Below, piece after piece: positions 63,840-64,000 of a stretch of 64,000 nucleotides of DNA; position 1 is the first letter of the stretch; every line of letters starts with the position of its first letter. Source of the stretch: a virus. The stretch is taken from the IMG/VR virus record IMGVR_UViG_3300022591_000004, positions 1-64,000 of that record. One strand, 5' to 3'. The position numbers and the translations under genes were made by a program. Below the pieces are notes generated by a model. It searched no databases and was not told where the DNA came from. It saw nothing but the letters and a program-made list of their open reading frames with translations.

Positions 63840-63855
63840 GGATTAAGTGTAGCGT

Positions 63856-64000
63856 TTATTCCTCAGTACGTGTGTTCCACCACATCGTGTAGTAGTCATA
63901 ATCAAAGTTAAAGCGCTTCATATGCTGAGCGATAGCCCCAGTATGGGCGTGGACAGGAACTCCAACAGCTTTTAATTTACGAAAAAAGACAATATCTTCG
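63856..64000 (-). CDS. glycosyltransferase family 2, C-terminal part (truncated by window edge)
   Basis: EDIVFFRKLKAVGVPVHAHTGA...H; ED..F GT-A motif. Confidence 0.65.
   Translation of the reverse strand, partial: EDIVFFRKLKAVGVPVHAHTGAIAQHMKRFNFDYDYYTMWWNTRTEE

Overview
This is a 64-kb segment of a large lytic-looking contractile-tailed (myovirus-type) phage. An actinobacterial host is inferred from the whiB gene, TANNNT-6nt-ATG leaderless starts, an NlpC/P60-tipped tape measure and moderate GC; freshwater acI-like hosts are plausible but unproven. Layout: two tRNAs and small minus-strand genes (1-3750); a plus-strand 'early/accessory' island (about 3840-12950); then a long minus-strand block with class II RNR, a nucleotidyltransferase/HAD/TGT-like trio, many small basic or low-complexity proteins, SpoVS, RuvC, a Cas4-like nuclease, WhiB, RecA, PolA, SSB, SNF2 helicase, dNMP kinase, primase, DnaB, a DnaC-like loader and an initiator-like protein; then baseplate, tape measure, tube, sheath and neck genes, glycosyltransferases and tail fibres. 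No terminase, portal or major capsid gene is recognisable in the window. The most striking feature is non-coding. The early island is organised as promoter-gene-terminator cassettes, each headed by a composite intergenic module built from the same parts in the same order: 11-bp-phased CTGAG tandem repeats (OmpR/PhoB-type geometry, MprA-box-like); an 80-100-bp element bounded by GTTTGTGTYGG inverted repeats whose interior occurs in both orientations; 9-bp AATTCGGAC-type tandem repeats (BldC/Xis-like); 2-3 DnaA boxes phased 14 bp apart; and a sigma70 promoter. One module also carries a 15/16 parS site. Because the phage encodes its own initiator-like protein, loader, helicase, primase and polymerase, this looks like a phage array of host chromosome-cycle binding sites, acting as a decoy, a cell-cycle-sensing promoter array, an origin, or a combination. 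The function is inference.
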